64,000 bases of DNA from Macrostomum lignano (GCA_002269645.1 NIVC01000100.1:310001-374000); one strand, 5' to 3'. Positions 1 to 12,967 are shown, counted from the stretch's first letter. Made by a program: numbers and translations. Notes: a model not told the origin generated them from the sequence alone.

Positions 1-361
1 TCTCCTTTTTTGCTTTATTGTCGGTACCGCTTGTTATTGTCTCAGCTTTCACAGCTCTCATATCGTCTTTCGATTTGGCATTCGTATCATTTCCACGGAT
101 TCCAATGCGATTCTCGTCCACCTCCACTGCGAGAGATTCTGCCGGAATCGATGCAACATCGCTCAAGGACGATTTCTCAGCAGTGTTGTCTTCCATGTTT
201 TCGTCCAGATAGCAAATATTTATAAAATCAGTAATCAGTTTTGTAAAGATGCGCTCTGTTTGGTAAAAACTCAGATTTGAATCGCGTATTGTGTTGGCTA
301 CTGCAGGGCCGTTTATAACTTCTTGCCATAGACAGTTGTCAAATATATCAGTGAGGGACAT
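1..361 (-). CDS. Partial ORF of unknown function running off the window start (MSLTDIFDNCLWQEVINGPAVANT...MEDNTAEKSSLSDVASIPAES...)
   Basis: Hand translation: 120 open codons from ATG at 361 to the window edge. A (CT)n tract plus TTTAG acceptor lies about 45 nt upstream. No recognisable domain. Confidence 0.45.
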   Translation of the reverse strand, partial: MSLTDIFDNCLWQEVINGPAVANTIRDSNLSFYQTERIFTKLITDFINICYLDENMEDNTAEKSSLSDVASIPAESLAVEVDENRIGIRGNDTNAKSKDDMRAVKAETITSGTDNKAKKE

Positions 362-406
362 TCAGTGCCTGCCATTCATTGTTTTTAGAGCTTTGAGTGT
401 GCGATT

Positions 407-517
<111 letters not shown>

Positions 518-1254
518 ACAATCAAACGATCGAGAGCGCTTTGACAGAGTGACGACACTCAATGGGAGAGTGCTTTTTACAGAGTGACAAAGAGTCTCAA
601 AAGTAAATACATGTACTACAAAATACGGGTAGTAAAGAGATATTTTATACTGAATAAAAACATTTTTAAACCATCTTTTATAACCCCCCTTTAAAATTTT
701 GTTTTGGTTTTACAGATTTTAATTCTTCGTATGGTTAATTAAGAAGAACCTCTAACCTAGAGGTTAGAAGTGACTCCTAAGTGTTTGTAAAACACATTTA
801 CGGCTCAGTCTTAAGTTCGAAACTAAGTTGGAACTTAGGAGTCAGTCTTAAGACGCAGTTCGTAAAACAACCCCCAGTGCCTTAAAGTACATTTACATAA
901 AGTCGCAAGTCAATTGTATATAATTGACAATTGTTAATCCAACATTGGAATGGGTTTTTAATGAAGTATGAAATTACGATTACAAGTATAAAGCTCTATA
1001 TCCCTCACCAAAATATAAATATATCACTCAGGTTGATTAAAATTTAACTGCAGCCTAAAGCGGCCAATTAGCTAGATATTGGCGCACTTCCTAATACATC
1101 AATTATTGATATTACGCTCGTAAAAGTAGCTGACGGTTTGTAGGGTTGGAGTTGTCAGACCGAAAATAATGAAGTTGATTAGGGTAAGTAAGCTAGCGAT
1201 GGTTGAGCAAATATTAATTAGTGACTGTGATGTTGTGGAGAGGACAGATGGGAA

Positions 1255-1612
1255 GAGACTAGGGAGGTTGAGACTGGGAAAGGGAGGGTGAGATTGGAAA
1301 AGAGAGGGTGAGACTGGGGAAGGGAGGGTGAGTTTTTGGAAAGGGAGGGTGAGACTGGAAAAGGGAGGGTGAGACTGGGGAAGGGAGGGTGAAGCTGGGG
1401 AACAGAGGGTGAGACTGGGGAAGAGAGGGAGACTGGGATTATAGGGTGAGACTTAGGATTAGAGAGTGAGACTAGGGATTAGAGGGTGAGACTAGGGATT
1501 AGAGGGTGAGACTAGGGATTAGAGGGTGAGACTAGGGATTAGAGGGTGAGACTAGGGATTAGAGGGTGAGACTAGGGATTAGAGGGTGAGACTAGGGATT
1601 AGAGGGTGAGAC
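1255..1612. repeat. G-rich minisatellite, ~20-bp unit GAGGGTGAGACTAGGGATTA (degenerate in the 5' half)
   Basis: Directly visible tandem array. Confidence 0.92.
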
Positions 1613-2136
1613 TTGAGTTTGTAGTGGAGCAGCAATGAAATAAAGTACAGCCAGAGGATTAGCATGAAAAATCGCCTTATGCTGAAGCAACCTACATAAA
1701 TCAATTATTCCCTTTCACAAAGACCGTTGATTGTATTTGTTCATGGTACTCATAAATCAATTATTTGTCATTGTAACACGAGATTTGTTACTAGCAAAAG
1801 AAAGTCACAGAACAAAGTTGGTTGTATCGATTTACATCTGGAAAAGATCAGAACTAAGCTGGCTACGGCATTTCGGATCGAAGGATCGTTAAAGACAATT
1901 TGTTTATCTGCGAGAAACAGTTTGTGGCGTGCTTTAATGATTTATTGTGCCTATGGCAATGTACTTTACAGAGTATTACAAATGGAATTCCGAATATTTT
2001 ATAGGTACTCTGTTTATTCATTAAATAATAGGCATCACATTGAAGTTCGGCTTTGTGAATCTAAAATATAACTCCATAGTCCATAAAATTCTGCAGTTAC
2101 TCAAGGAAAATTAGGATTTTTTTTTTGAGGGCAAAA

Positions 2137-2520
2137 GCGCCAGCACCAGAGGCGCCAGCACCAGAGGCGCCAGCACCAGAGGCGCCAGCACCAGAGGCGC
2201 CAGCACCAGAGGCGCCAGCACCAGAGGCGCCAGCACCAGAGGCGCCAGCACCAGAGGCGCCAGCACCAGAGGCGCCAGCACCAGAGGCGCCAGCACCAGA
2301 GGCGCCAGCACCAGAGGCGCCAGCACCAGAGGCGCCAGCACCAGAGGCGCCAGCACCAGAGGCGCCAGCACCAGAGGCGCCAGCACCAGAGGCGCCAGCA
2401 CCAGAGGCGCCAGCACCAGAGGCGCCAGCACCAGAGGCGCCAGCACCAGAGGCGCCAGCACCAGAGGCGCCAGCACCAGAGGCGCCAGCACCAGAGGCGC
2501 CAGCACCAGAGGCGCCAGCA
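2137..2520. repeat. Perfect 15-bp minisatellite (CCAGAGGCGCCAGCA) x ~25
   Basis: Identical units; this explains the repetitive ORFs (APEAP)n, (LAPLV)n and (WRLWC)n. Confidence 0.98.
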
Positions 2521-2595
2521 TTCTTGCCTCTGATGGAGGGACACTGAGTAAAAGCAAGCGTTCCAAAACAAACTGGAAAACAAACTTTCAGTTCC

Positions 2596-3809
2596 TCAAC
2601 GCCAACTTCCCGCCAATCTCAACTTTTCTGCCAATCTTTGCCCGACGGACGGTTTTGTGTCCATGGCCGCCGCGCTGTCCTTGGCTTCGTCAGCCCAGGC
2701 TTGGCGGGGCCCCGTCGAATGCGGCCGATCGGTGGCTGATCCATCCTGACGAGTTGAGCCGCTGTTATCGCTGAAGCTTCGAACTTTTTCGCTGGATCGA
2801 CCACGGCGAAGGATTCTGCTGATGACGTTGCCGCTGCTGTTTCTGGAGCCACAACTGCTGTTGCTGCTTTCGCTTGAAGAAGCTGGCTGATTGCTTGTAC
2901 TCGTCTGGCCCCAGGCATGCTGGGTCTCCGCCGGAGGCGGGCAGCTGACGTGCCGACGAGACTGCAGTGAGAATGAAAAAATAATAGTACAACGGCTGCT
3001 GGCGTATTCATGCTCTGAGGGTGGGACTGTCCTTTCGGGAGGGTGCGACACAAAATATTTCATCATGACACTTCACGGAAGGAGTGTCTAAATCAGTGAT
3101 CATTTCCTAGAGAGTGCCTCTGAGGGAGTGACGCTTCATTCAGAGAGTGCCTCTGAGGGAGTGACGCTTCATTGAGAGAGTGCCTCTGAGGGAGTGATGC
3201 TTCATGGAAAGAGTGCCTTTGAGTGAGTGACATTTCATGGAAAGAGTGCCTTTGAGGGAGTGACGCTTCATGGAGAGAGTGCCTCTGAGGGAGTGACGCT
3301 TCATGGGAAGAGTGCCTCTGAGGGAGTGACGCTTCATGGGAAGAGTGCCTCTGAGGGAGTGACGCTTCATGGGAAGAGTGTCTCTGAGGGAGTGATGCTT
3401 CACTTTCAGTTGAAAGAGACGGATGCAGTTAATAATGAAAACTTACCTGGATAGTTTTCTCAACAGCTGACATGCTGAAACAGATTCTAAGCTTAGAAGT
3501 CGTCTTTTTAAGGCAGCTTCCAGAAAGTTTATGTAAAGGATTATTTCCTCTCTAAAATGTGATTTGCGCTTTGGGACTTTTCATTTGAACTTAAACTACA
3601 TTTAGCTGCGACAAAGCTTTCGGATTCTTTGAAAATTCTCGCGTTTGATTGGCTGCAGTGCGCCACCTCATCTCCCTTGTCTGTGTTACCTGGCAGAAAA
3701 GTGTAGACAACCCCAAGTCTGTCTCTCTTTCTGACCCACTAAAAGGCTCGTACAGAAAACCTCTAATTCTTTCTGGACTTTTTATACTGTTATTTTGCAA
3801 CTTTGGGAG
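2596..3809 (-). CDS. Candidate 3' part of an unidentified spliced gene: exons 3809-3690, 3551-3447 and 2961-2596 (terminal; Ser-rich, ends ...AEKLRLAGSWR*)
   Basis: Three minus-strand segments with AG acceptors and GTAAC/GTAAG donors. All are phase 0 and join into one open frame of 196 aa. The terminal exon is GC-rich. No homology recognised. Confidence 0.45.
3109..3401. repeat. 33-bp minisatellite (GAGAGTGCCTCTGAGGGAGTGACGCTTCATGGA-like)
   Basis: About 9 tandem units, inside the candidate intron. Confidence 0.92.
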
Positions 3810-3835
3810 CTTGTTCGATAAGAAAAGTTATCCCC

Positions 3836-4572
3836 TGTGGACAGGATTGTGTCACAGCTGTGAGACAGGATTGCGTCACCTGTGAGACAGGATTGTGTCC
3901 CCTGTGAGACAGGATTGCGTCACCTGTGAGACAGGATTGTGTCCCCTGTGAGACAGGATTGTGTCCCCTGTGAGACAGGATTGTGTCACCTGTGAGACAG
4001 GATTGTGCCACCTGTGAGACAGGATTGTGTCACAGCTGTGAGACAGGATTGTGTCCCCTGTGAGACAGGATTGCGTCACCTGTGAGACAGGATTGTGTCC
4101 CCTGTGAGACAGGATTGTTTCCCCTGTGAGACAGGATTGTGTTACCTGTGAGACAGGATTGTGCCACCTGTGAGACAGGATTGTGTCACAGCTGTGAGAC
4201 AGGATTGTGTCACCTGTGAGACAAGATTGTGCCACCTGTGAGACAGGATTGTGTCACAGCTGTGAGACAGGATTGTGTCACCTGTTAGACAGGATTGTGT
4301 CACCTGTGAGACAGGATTGTGTCACCTGTGAGACAGGATTGTGTCACCTGTTGGACAGGATTTTGTCACCTGTTGGACAGGATTTTGTCACCTGTTGGAC
4401 AGGATTTTGTCACCTGTTGGACAGGATTGTGTCACCTGTTGGACAGGATTGTGTCACCTGTTGGACAGGATTGTGCCAACTGTGAAACAGGATTGTGTCA
4501 CAGCTGTGAGACAGGACTGTGCCACCTGTGAGACAGGATTGTTTCACCTTTGAGACAGGATTGTGTCACCTG
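3836..4572. repeat. 22-bp minisatellite (CCTGTGAGACAGGATTGTGTCA)
   Basis: More than 30 tandem units with variants. Confidence 0.95.
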
Positions 4573-5849
4573 TCACCAAGAATATTTAACCTGTTAGACA
4601 GCATGCAATGTGCCACCCATTGTACAGTTCTTTCGCAGATGCTAACAATTTCTTGCAACGGATGATATTAATTTTATTGTATTTCCTCAATCAATAATGG
4701 ACATTGCAAGGACGACTCTCACTACAAAAGCCTTCTTTGCCACTAAAAGCAAAGTCTGCTGCAAGTGTGCACCTGCACTTTAAGCCCTATGCAAACATTA
4801 CAAAGCAAGTGGAAGAGCAGTTGCTACACCGAACGCCGAGAACCCGACTACTAAGCTTCGCTTTAAAAATTCTCTTCCAGTTGCTATGGTGACCGAAAAT
4901 TCCTCATTCCAATCCTTCAGCCTTAGTCGCTAAGAGAGGGTGAAGAGAGGAGGAGTTTCTCTTTTCTCTTCCCCCTAATTCTCTCTTTCTACTCTTCCCA
5001 GGGAGCCATGGACTTCTACAAATCGAGTCTGGGCTAGTCATTCAACTAAGCAGAACTTTTCCAACAGGTTTAATAATTTGTTATAGCACCAAGAAATTTT
5101 GTTTAAATTGCTACAACTTTATTCTTTATTCCTCCGGTTTATTTTGATTTATTTCTTTTTTAAAAGTTGTCTAATTTATTATAAAGTAAATTTACTTTGA
5201 ATTAGTTACAAGACTAGTTCAAAGATTTTAAAATTAAAAGGATTATCTGACTTTGAAGTTTTGTCAGTCTTGTAGATAGAGACAAGCAATACTTTGTGCA
5301 AATTTCCAAATATTGAGGCCAAAAAAGTTTACTATAGAAGTGTGTTTCCAATCCAGATCGTTTCTAGCTTTAGTCATCCACGCTCCAGTCCACACTTTCC
5401 ATCCTCTTTAAGTTGGCTATAGCAAGCATTTAAAAGCCCTCAACAACAGTCGAGAGTTCCATTACAAGAGGTTGTTGCATTGCATGCTATGATATATACT
5501 CGTAGTTCTATATGGCATCGTTTTTTGCCTGTAGCTAGCTATACGGACCTGCAATGTTGTCGATCAATATGGATCAAATACAGTGTATCTACACGTCGTG
5601 CTTAATTCATACTTCATCTACACCCACACATTTATTACGGTACAAAGCAACATAAAGCTTCTTCGAGTCTTAACGACTTAAGGAAGTAATAAGGTCAATG
5701 TAACAATGAAGGACGTACGAATTTGAAATAAAAAAATGGAACCGATTTTTATAAAATTTTTTAATTTTTTTCGCACTGCAGGAATATCTAGGCGGGAAAA
5801 GCTCGGTGGGAAAATCTGGGTGGGCGAATCTCCTCTCGGCAATTTTTTT

Positions 5850-6200
5850 GGTTCTCCCGTTTGACTTCGAGGCTGTCATGTCGCTGTATTGCGATACTTG
5901 AGCTGCTATGGTGACGGCGGACGGCATGTCTGACTTGTTCGACACGTCAACAGGAGTTCTGCAGAGTTCGACACGCTTGCGCCGTTCCTCTTCGTGCTGC
6001 TGCTGGACTGGCCGGGTGCTTCGGACCGCACTCCCCTCGGCTGACGACGGCGCATCGGTCGCCGCCACAGTAAAAAGCGCCTGAGTGTGCTTGGCTACGC
6101 CGACGACCTCGCCCTCCTGTCCTCGTCCGTTGAAGGCGCGCCTAGCGCCAGATCGACAGGCTGGTCCAGGTGGCATCGAGCGTCGGTCTGGTTGTCAACA
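5850..6200 (+). mobile_element. Degenerate non-LTR retrotransposon (LINE, RTE-like) RT fragment, 5' part
   Basis: Frameshifted translation gives GVLQ-DTLAPFLFVLLLDW and LGYADDLALLSSS, the RT motifs. Interrupted at 6200 by an LTR element. Confidence 0.85.
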
Positions 6201-6410
6201 TGTAGTGAGTTTCAAGAATGCGCTAGTCACTAGAGCGGGGTTGGGGGTTGCTATTGTACAGCATGTACGTGCTTTCCACTCACCCTCTGTCTCTATATTT
6301 TATACCCAATTATGTAACAATCGTTGTATCGTAATTAACCTGCGTATCGATCTAATAAACGCCAAGAGGCTTCGTCAACTCTCAGTCGTATCTCTCCGCC
6401 GTTGTCTACA
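6201..6410 (+). repeat. 5' LTR of the Gypsy element
   Basis: TGTAGTGAG...GTCTACA, followed by TGGTCCT, a short match to a tRNA-Tyr-type PBS. Confidence 0.9.
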
Positions 6411-6440
6411 ACTGGTCCTAGCAGAGCAAATTATTCTAGA

Positions 6441-7210
6441 ATGGCTGAGAAAAAAAGTTTGACCGCCAGTGCAGCGCTGCCCAGAGTTTCAATGTGCACA
6501 AAAGTCAACAAGTGGGACACGTGCAAAGCGGAGCGACTGGCCAAATTTTTGGACGGCGAGGCTCTGGTATATTTGAAGCTACCGGCAGGAGATCAGGTGG
6601 ACTACGACAAAGTAGTCCAGACATTGGATGATGCATTCCATCCGAACCGCGAGCACTTCGCCGTCATGGAGGCGTTGAAAGCAAGAAAGATTTTGTCAAA
6701 TAGACTCCACGCATGTATCTTTACGAGTTAAAGAAGATGCTTAAAAGCTCCTCCGTGGACAACAAAGATGTTCAAGAGGCTCTGCTGTTCCATCAGTTCG
6801 TCTGAGGCCTTCCCGAATCCGTGAGCTGGCAGATTCGCGCGGACTCCAGCGTTAAGACCTCAGAGCAAGCGCTTCAAAAGGCCCAGCTACTGATGCAGCA
6901 CAGCTCGCCAAGCATCCCAGCAGCAGCGGTGCAACCTCAGTCGAGCCAATCCAGCGAAGTTCAGGAGCTGCGGGACACTGTACAGAGTCTGCAGGCATCG
7001 GTGAGCACCCTGAGTTCCCAGCTGCAGCAGCTGGCAGCCTGTGGAGTGAGGACGAGCAGCACGACAAGACCGCAGCACCGTTCGAAGTCTGACATCATCT
7101 GCTACAACTGCCACAAGGCCGGCCACATTGCCAGAGATTGCTACAGCAGGCGACAGCCCGGAAACGCCAGAGGCTGGGGTGTGCGGGCCCGCAACCCCAG
7201 CCAGCAGTAA
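6441..7210 (+). pseudogene. gag: gag (disrupted) with zinc knuckle CYNCHKAGHIARDC
   Basis: ORF pieces 6402-6731 and 6821-7210 separated by a frameshift and a stop; CX2CX4HX4C motif. Confidence 0.88.
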
Positions 7211-7289
7211 CTGCGGGCCCAGCAGCGCCGGCTTCAAGGCCAGCGCTCTCAGTCAGTGGGATCTTCGATGGATGCAGCGTCGCGCCCGA

Positions 7290-10240
7290 CCGACTATCGC
7301 AGTGTGAGTGCAAGCTTGATGGCAGGAGTGTGAAGGCGCTGTTAGTGCTCACTAGTTGAGTCCAGCATCCTGACAAAATCTCAGCTCAGACAGGCAACTG
7401 CAGCCAGAGTGCGACTTCAGTCAGTGAACAAGCAGCCAATTAGCATAGAACGGCAAATAGAATTGCCACTCACAGTCGGGGGAGTGACAGCTCGGCAGTT
7501 GTTTTTCGTTGTGTCACGTTTGGTCTGTCCTGTCATTGTTGGAGTCGACTTCATCGGCAAGCATAATTTGCAACTGGACTTCAAAAGGATCTTCACGAGA
7601 AGCCGGTCAAGTCTGCAGCAGCACCAGATTCCAGGGTGACACCGACGATCCAGTTGACATCGAAGACGCACTTGTCCCCGAGTTCAGCTGTGAGGATTAC
7701 GAATTGCCGACTACTGACGACCCTGATGTTCAGAGGCTGCTGGTGGAGTTCAAAGACTTGCTCTAGAAAAAACCGGTACTAACTCATCTGCAACAGCACC
7801 GATTTGCTCTCTTGGATGAGTACCTGTCTGAGTGCCACCGCGCCGGATGCCTGTGCATTACCGGGAGAAGGTAGAGCAGCTGATTCAGGAACTGCTGGAG
7901 AACGATGTGATTGAGTTGAGCGAAAGTCCGTACGTGGCCCCACCGGTGTACGTGACAAAGACGGATGGCAGTCTACGCCTGACCATAGACTATCGAGAGA
8001 TCAACAAGAAGAATTCCTATTCGCTCTGCACAGGGAATTCCGTTGATGGTGGAGGCAAGAGATCGAATCGCAGGCAGTTCAGTGTTCTCCGTGTTGGATC
8101 TCAATGGAGGCTATTTTCAAATTCCGATTGCAGAAGAAGACAAGCTAAAGACGGCATTCTGTCCGGGAACAGGGATATGACGCTGTACCAATTTAAGAGA
8201 ATGCCCCAAGGTCTGTCAGGAGGCCCAAGCACATTCTGCATGCTAATGTCAAAAGTTTTCAACGGCTGCGATTTCATCTTCACGGTCTTCGATGACAGCC
8301 TGTGCTTCTCAAAGACCAAGTGGGATCATCTGCGGCAACTTCGAGAGACCTTCGAGCGACTTCGAGCAGCCGGACTGACATTAAGAGGCTCCAAGTGCAA
8401 GCTCGCGGTACCTGAAGGGACATTTCTTGGCACACGATATTCAAAGGACGGTGCCCAGCCCAGCCAGGAGAAGCTGGAGGCAATTCAGCAGTGTAAAGAG
8501 CCGAGGTCAGCCAAGGAGGTGCATCAGTTCATCGGCCTGTGTAACCAATACGACGCCATGTAGCCAACTTTGCTGCCATCGCCGCACCGCTGCACTATCT
8601 GACTGGCAAGGGCATCCCATTTGACTGGACTCCGGAATCCTAGACAGCCTTCGACGAGCTCAAAAGGTGCCTAATGAGTCCTCCGATCTTGGTGAACCCG
8701 GATTTCACTAAGGAGTTCTCTGTCTTCACGGATGCCAGTGGCAGCGGAGTCGGTGCAATTCGAGGCGGTGATCGAATTCTCAAGCCGCGCATTCAATTCA
8801 GTTGAGAAGAAATACTCTGAAACAGAAAAGGAGTGCCTGGCCATCCTGCACGCATTCAAAGTTTTTCGCCACTATCTTCTCGGCAAGCACTTCACGGTGC
8901 ACACGGATCACTGCCCGCTCACTACATCGATTCACAGAGTCGAAAGCTATGGCAGGCTAGGACGATGACGTCTGCTGCTCCAAGAGTTCGACTTCACCGT
9001 CAAGTACCGAAGAGGCGTTGAGAACACAGATACTGACGCACTGTCCAGGCTGCACGGCTCAGAGGTCGGAGCTCAGCAGCTGACTCCGGAAATCGACACC
9101 AAAGGGCTCAAAACTGCACAGCGGCAGGACCCGGAGCTCAGCCAGGTGATTCAGGCGATGGACAAGGACGCAGAAATTGCACCCAGATGGCGAGCAGGAC
9201 CACTGCAGCAACTCGGCAGAATTTGGAAGAAGCTGAAGCTGGATGACGAAGGTATTCTACTGCACAAGTTCAATGACCCGGACGGCCTGCGGGAGGTTCC
9301 AGTGGTGCCAGCACAGCTTCGACAACAGTTCTTGATCAACGCTCACGAAGGTCTGGAAGGTCATTTCGGAGCCGCACACTGAAACTGACGGTCTACTGGC
9401 CGGCCCGGCATGGCTGAAGACATTGTGCAGCACAGAGTTGTTCCGTCTGTCGGACTCGCGGACCAACGCGCCGCTCGGAGAACTGCCAATCGGCTCGCCG
9501 TGGGATTCTGTAGCTATCGACATCGTCAAAGTGGAGCCATCATCGCGCGGCAACAAATACCTGCTCGTGGCTCAGGATCAATTTTCCAAGTACCTGACGG
9601 CCGTGACGATTCCTGACCAGACTGCTGAGACTACTGCTCGCGCCTTCCTCTCCATCTGCTCCCAGGCTGAACTTCCCCGAGGCATCCACTCCGATCAAGG
9701 ACCGAATTTCGAGTCTCAGCTTTTGCAAGACACTCTGCGAGGCCTTGGAGTCACGAAGACAAGAACAACAGCTTACAAAAAAATCCAAAGGCAACAGATT
9801 AGCAGAGTCTGGAAAAAGTCAGTGCTGCAGTTACTCAGGTGTTTCACCGAGCGAGAGAGCGAGTGGGAGGACAAGCTGCCACTGATCCTGCTGTTCTACA
9901 ATTCCCGGGTGCACTGCTTAACACAGCTGCCGCCACTGAAGGTGTTCACCGGGTATGATCCGAGTCTGCCGGTCATCAGCCAGCAGTCCAGGCGATTCTA
10001 TGACGTGCGCACCTACGCCGACAAGCTCGAGGCCGACCTGCTGCGAATTCGAGAGTTTGTCGAGGAGCATCTGGTGCAGGCGGCTGGCAAGCAAAAGAGC
10101 AGCTAAGACAGATCGACCGGACAGCTGCGCAGGTTCTGTCCTGGAGACGAGGTCCTGCTGCGCATCGAGCTGAGGGGCTCCAAGCTGGCGCCGTACTGGG
10201 AGCCGGACTGGCAGGTGCTGTCGCAGCGGGTCTGGTAGTC
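7290..10240 (+). pseudogene. pol: pol (PR, RT, RNase H, integrase), disrupted
   Basis: PR remnant CPVIVGVDF; RT LRLTIDYREINK, RMPQGL, VFDD; RH FTDAS, YSETEKECLA, HTDHCPL; IN AIDI, DQFSKY, IHSDQG. Confidence 0.92.
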
Positions 10241-10570
10241 AAAATTTAAAAAATCGAGAACGGCAGGACCCGCAGGTGAATGTGAATCGTCTGCGGCCGC
10301 GGATTCTGCCAGTCCCTGACGGAGAGCGCTTCCTGCAGCCGCCATTTGCGCACGCAGCGCCCCCGAGACGCTACCCGGTGCGCAGGAGGATGCAGGTGGA
10401 TCGCTATGTGGCCGTTTGAATTTTTGATTGACTCAGTGACTTTTACTACTGTTTGGAATTATTTGAAAGCGAAAAATAATTTATACTAATATTTTTTTCA
10501 AATATTTTTCTGTCCTTTTGTTTCCTCGATTTATTAGTTCGATTGTTATTGATCTCTTTGTAGGGAGGTT

Positions 10571-10778
10571 TGTAGTGAGTTGCAAGTGTACTTGTATGCG
10601 CTAGTCGCTAGAGCGGGGTTGGGGGTTGCTATTGTACAGCATGAACGTGCTTTCCACTCACCAGCTCTGTCTCTGTATCTTTCATACCCAGTTATGTTGC
10701 AATCGTTGTATCATATTTAACCTGCGTATGGATCTAATCGATCTAATTCTCAGTCGTATCTCTCTGCCTTAGTCTACA
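10571..10778 (+). repeat. 3' LTR of the Gypsy element
   Basis: Clearly similar to 6201-6410 but with several substitutions and indels. Confidence 0.9.
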
Positions 10779-10784
10779 GACCTC

Positions 10785-11375
10785 GCTGAAGACCGAGGTG
10801 CTGACTGTGCCGGCCGACATCCCAGCGGACCTGACGTGCCGCGGCGCAGACGAGCAGACGACCAGGCTCGCACGCTGCCAGCGGTTCATCTACCTCGGCG
10901 GTCTGAAATTAAGACCAGCGGCGCAGAGGACTTTCTTGGGCGGCCTTCCGTTCGATCCGGACCGTCCTCCAGTCCGCAGCGCAATCCGACAGCCAGAGGG
11001 CAAGGCTGTGGCAGGCGGTGGTCGAAACCGTCCTGCTATGCAACGCCGAAATGTGGACGCTGACGGCTACGCTGGAATGGCAGTTGAACTCGGCGCACTC
11101 AGGGCTGCTCCGTGCGGCCTTTCGAGCTGACGAGAGCGTTGTTGAAACCGAGGCCCTGTACGATCGGGCCAAGCTGCAGCGCCCCGTCTATCATCCTGCG
11201 CTGGCGGCGACTTCAACTGGCGGGGCACGTGATCCGGACCGAGGGCTACTGCCCCCCAACCTGTTCAGGACGTTCTGCTGCTCACCTTGCAGAGCCCGTT
11301 TAGGCAGGGTCACGCTCAAACCCGTCGATACGTGGACTGCGCCTCCTATGCGACGCTGGGGCGCCATGCTCTAAC
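10785..11375 (+). mobile_element. Continuation of the interrupted LINE (RT C-terminal region)
   Basis: KTEVLTVPADIPADL, CQRFIYLGG, VETVLLCNAEMWTL and RRLQLAGHVIR resume the frame broken at GLVVN (6200). Confidence 0.85.
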
Positions 11376-11414
11376 TGTGACTTTGCATGTGGGGCTGCGT
11401 ACTTTGTTGTTGCT

Positions 11415-11570
11415 GTTGAAAAAGATTCAAAATCGGCGTCAGAGTGAGCGTAAAAAAGGGTGTTAGAAAAAGCGTCGATCAGGAAAAGCGTCAGCAACGG
11501 CGTCAAGATGAGTGGTCAGAAAGAGAGTCAGGAAGAGCAGAGCAGAACAGAGAGTCAGAAATTTTTTTAA
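11415..11570 (-). repeat. Short dispersed repeat; other copies at ~14730-14880 and ~18550-18700 on the + strand
   Basis: Shared ~150-bp sequence CTCTTTCTGACCACTCATCTTGACGCCGTTGCTGACGCTTTT...CTCACTCTGACGCCGATTTTGAA. Confidence 0.8.
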
Positions 11571-11599
11571 AGCCTCCTGAATTCTGACCCGCGTTTTGA

Positions 11600-12170
11600 C
11601 GGCTCCTCCGATGCCTTCGCCACCGCCGTCGCATCTGCCGCCACGGTGATGCCGAAACGCACCCCCCCCCCACCGGCCTAGGGGCGATGTGGAACTCCGA
11701 TCAACACGTGGAGCTGGTGAGGAGGAGGCTGCAGAAGGACATCGCCTGTTTCGGTCACGACAGTCCTGCTGCCGACGACCCGGCCAAGATAACCTCACCC
11801 GCCCCTACTCTGATCGCACGAGACACTTCGTCGAGGAGACTGTCCTGGAAATCAGGGACGCGGATGACAACCGCAGGCACAGAGCCGCCTGGAGATCGCC
11901 ATCACCTGACTGGCCGGAAACTGAGGCAGTGCAGCTGTCGTCGGCGCCGACTCTATCGAGGACAGGAAGGCTAAGCTCGTGGAGCACTACCGGCGTGTGC
12001 TCAACACCCCTGCCCCAACCTCGGCGCTCCTGCCTGTGCCTGCTGGCTTCTCCCCTGCTCGCAGTGAGGACTTCAACACCAGTAGTCCTATCAAGAACTA
12101 TGAGCTAGGTCCACAGCGCCCTCAAAAGCATGAAGCCTGCTGCTCCTGGCGTCGATGGAGTCCCTCCTAG
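11600..12170 (+). mobile_element. Probable second LINE fragment (region between endonuclease and RT)
   Basis: GC-rich, frameshifted reading (ITSPAPTLIARDTSSRR, LTGRK, GRLSSWS) resembling the linker region of the same kind of LINE. No catalytic motif. Confidence 0.5.
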
Positions 12171-12855
12171 CTAGGGTCCTCAAACTCCCAGAGCTCAACT
12201 CGACCATCACTACGCTCCTCAATAAATATTCCGTTCTGATGAGGACGCACTTTTTCCCAAATCCCGCGCTAGCACATGGGCTCGAAACTTACTAGCCTAC
12301 TAACAGTGGGCAGTGGGCATTTTTATCCTTTTTCTGCGAATAGTCATAGAATCTATACTAGATATAATGTCTGGCCATACTAGTGGTCATAATTACATAG
12401 GCATTGCTTTTTGGGTCATAGGTCATTGCTTTCGAAGCTGGTCTGACAGCCACCTGCGCCTCACTCAGTGTTGAAGCGGGCGCCAGATGGTCTGAGAGGA
12501 TGCGGGCGGTAGCTTTTTTTTCTCATCATTTTGACAGGCCATCAAGATTTATGAGGTCAGAGCCCATTGTTCGGATTCACTCAAGCGTGTGACAGCTTTC
12601 ACAGCTATGCGTTTTACCCCTAAAAGTACTTTGGGATTAGCGATTAGCAGTTTCTCTTCATTATCTTCACTTTCTATTTAATAAGAGCTTTCTAATGTAT
12701 ATTTTTTCATTAATTTCTGTCAATCCTACGCGAAAAGTCATAAATCATTTTGTTGCGAACTTGAGTGATTTATGGCCGCACCTGTCATCTTTTTACGACC
12801 CTGTGGGAACTGATAGGATCTCTCGGTCACGTGATTCTGGTAGCAACAAGCTTAG

Positions 12856-12957
12856 CCAATCAGAAAATTCGGCGCTCATTTTAACAAAACGGCTCAGCCA
12901 ATCAGAATCGACGTGTTCCGTTATAACAAACTGCGGTCTAGTTGGCGGCTATTTAAA
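12856..12957 (+). promoter_or_regulatory. Pol II promoter-like module: two CCAAT boxes and TATTTAAA
   Basis: AGCCAATCAG at 12856 and 12898; TATTTAAA at 12950. May belong to an unrecognised solo-LTR-like repeat. Confidence 0.4.
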
Positions 12958-12967
12958 CCGGAGTTTT

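Larger units (their letters stand above)
6201..10778 (+). mobile_element. Decayed Ty3/Gypsy LTR retrotransposon (~4.6 kb)
   Basis: Two ~210-bp TG...CA LTRs; PPT TAGGGAGG at 10561; gag with CCHC knuckle; PR-RT-RH-IN order; several stops and frameshifts. Confidence 0.93.

Noticed and set aside
2101-2583. (APEAP)n, (LAPLV)n and (WRLWC)n ORFs
   Set aside because: All arise from one perfect stop-free 15-bp repeat open in several frames; no ATG or splice context.
3836-4572. CRISPR-like appearance of regular repeats here and in other arrays
   Set aside because: Contiguous tandem units without unique spacers, eukaryotic context and no cas genes.
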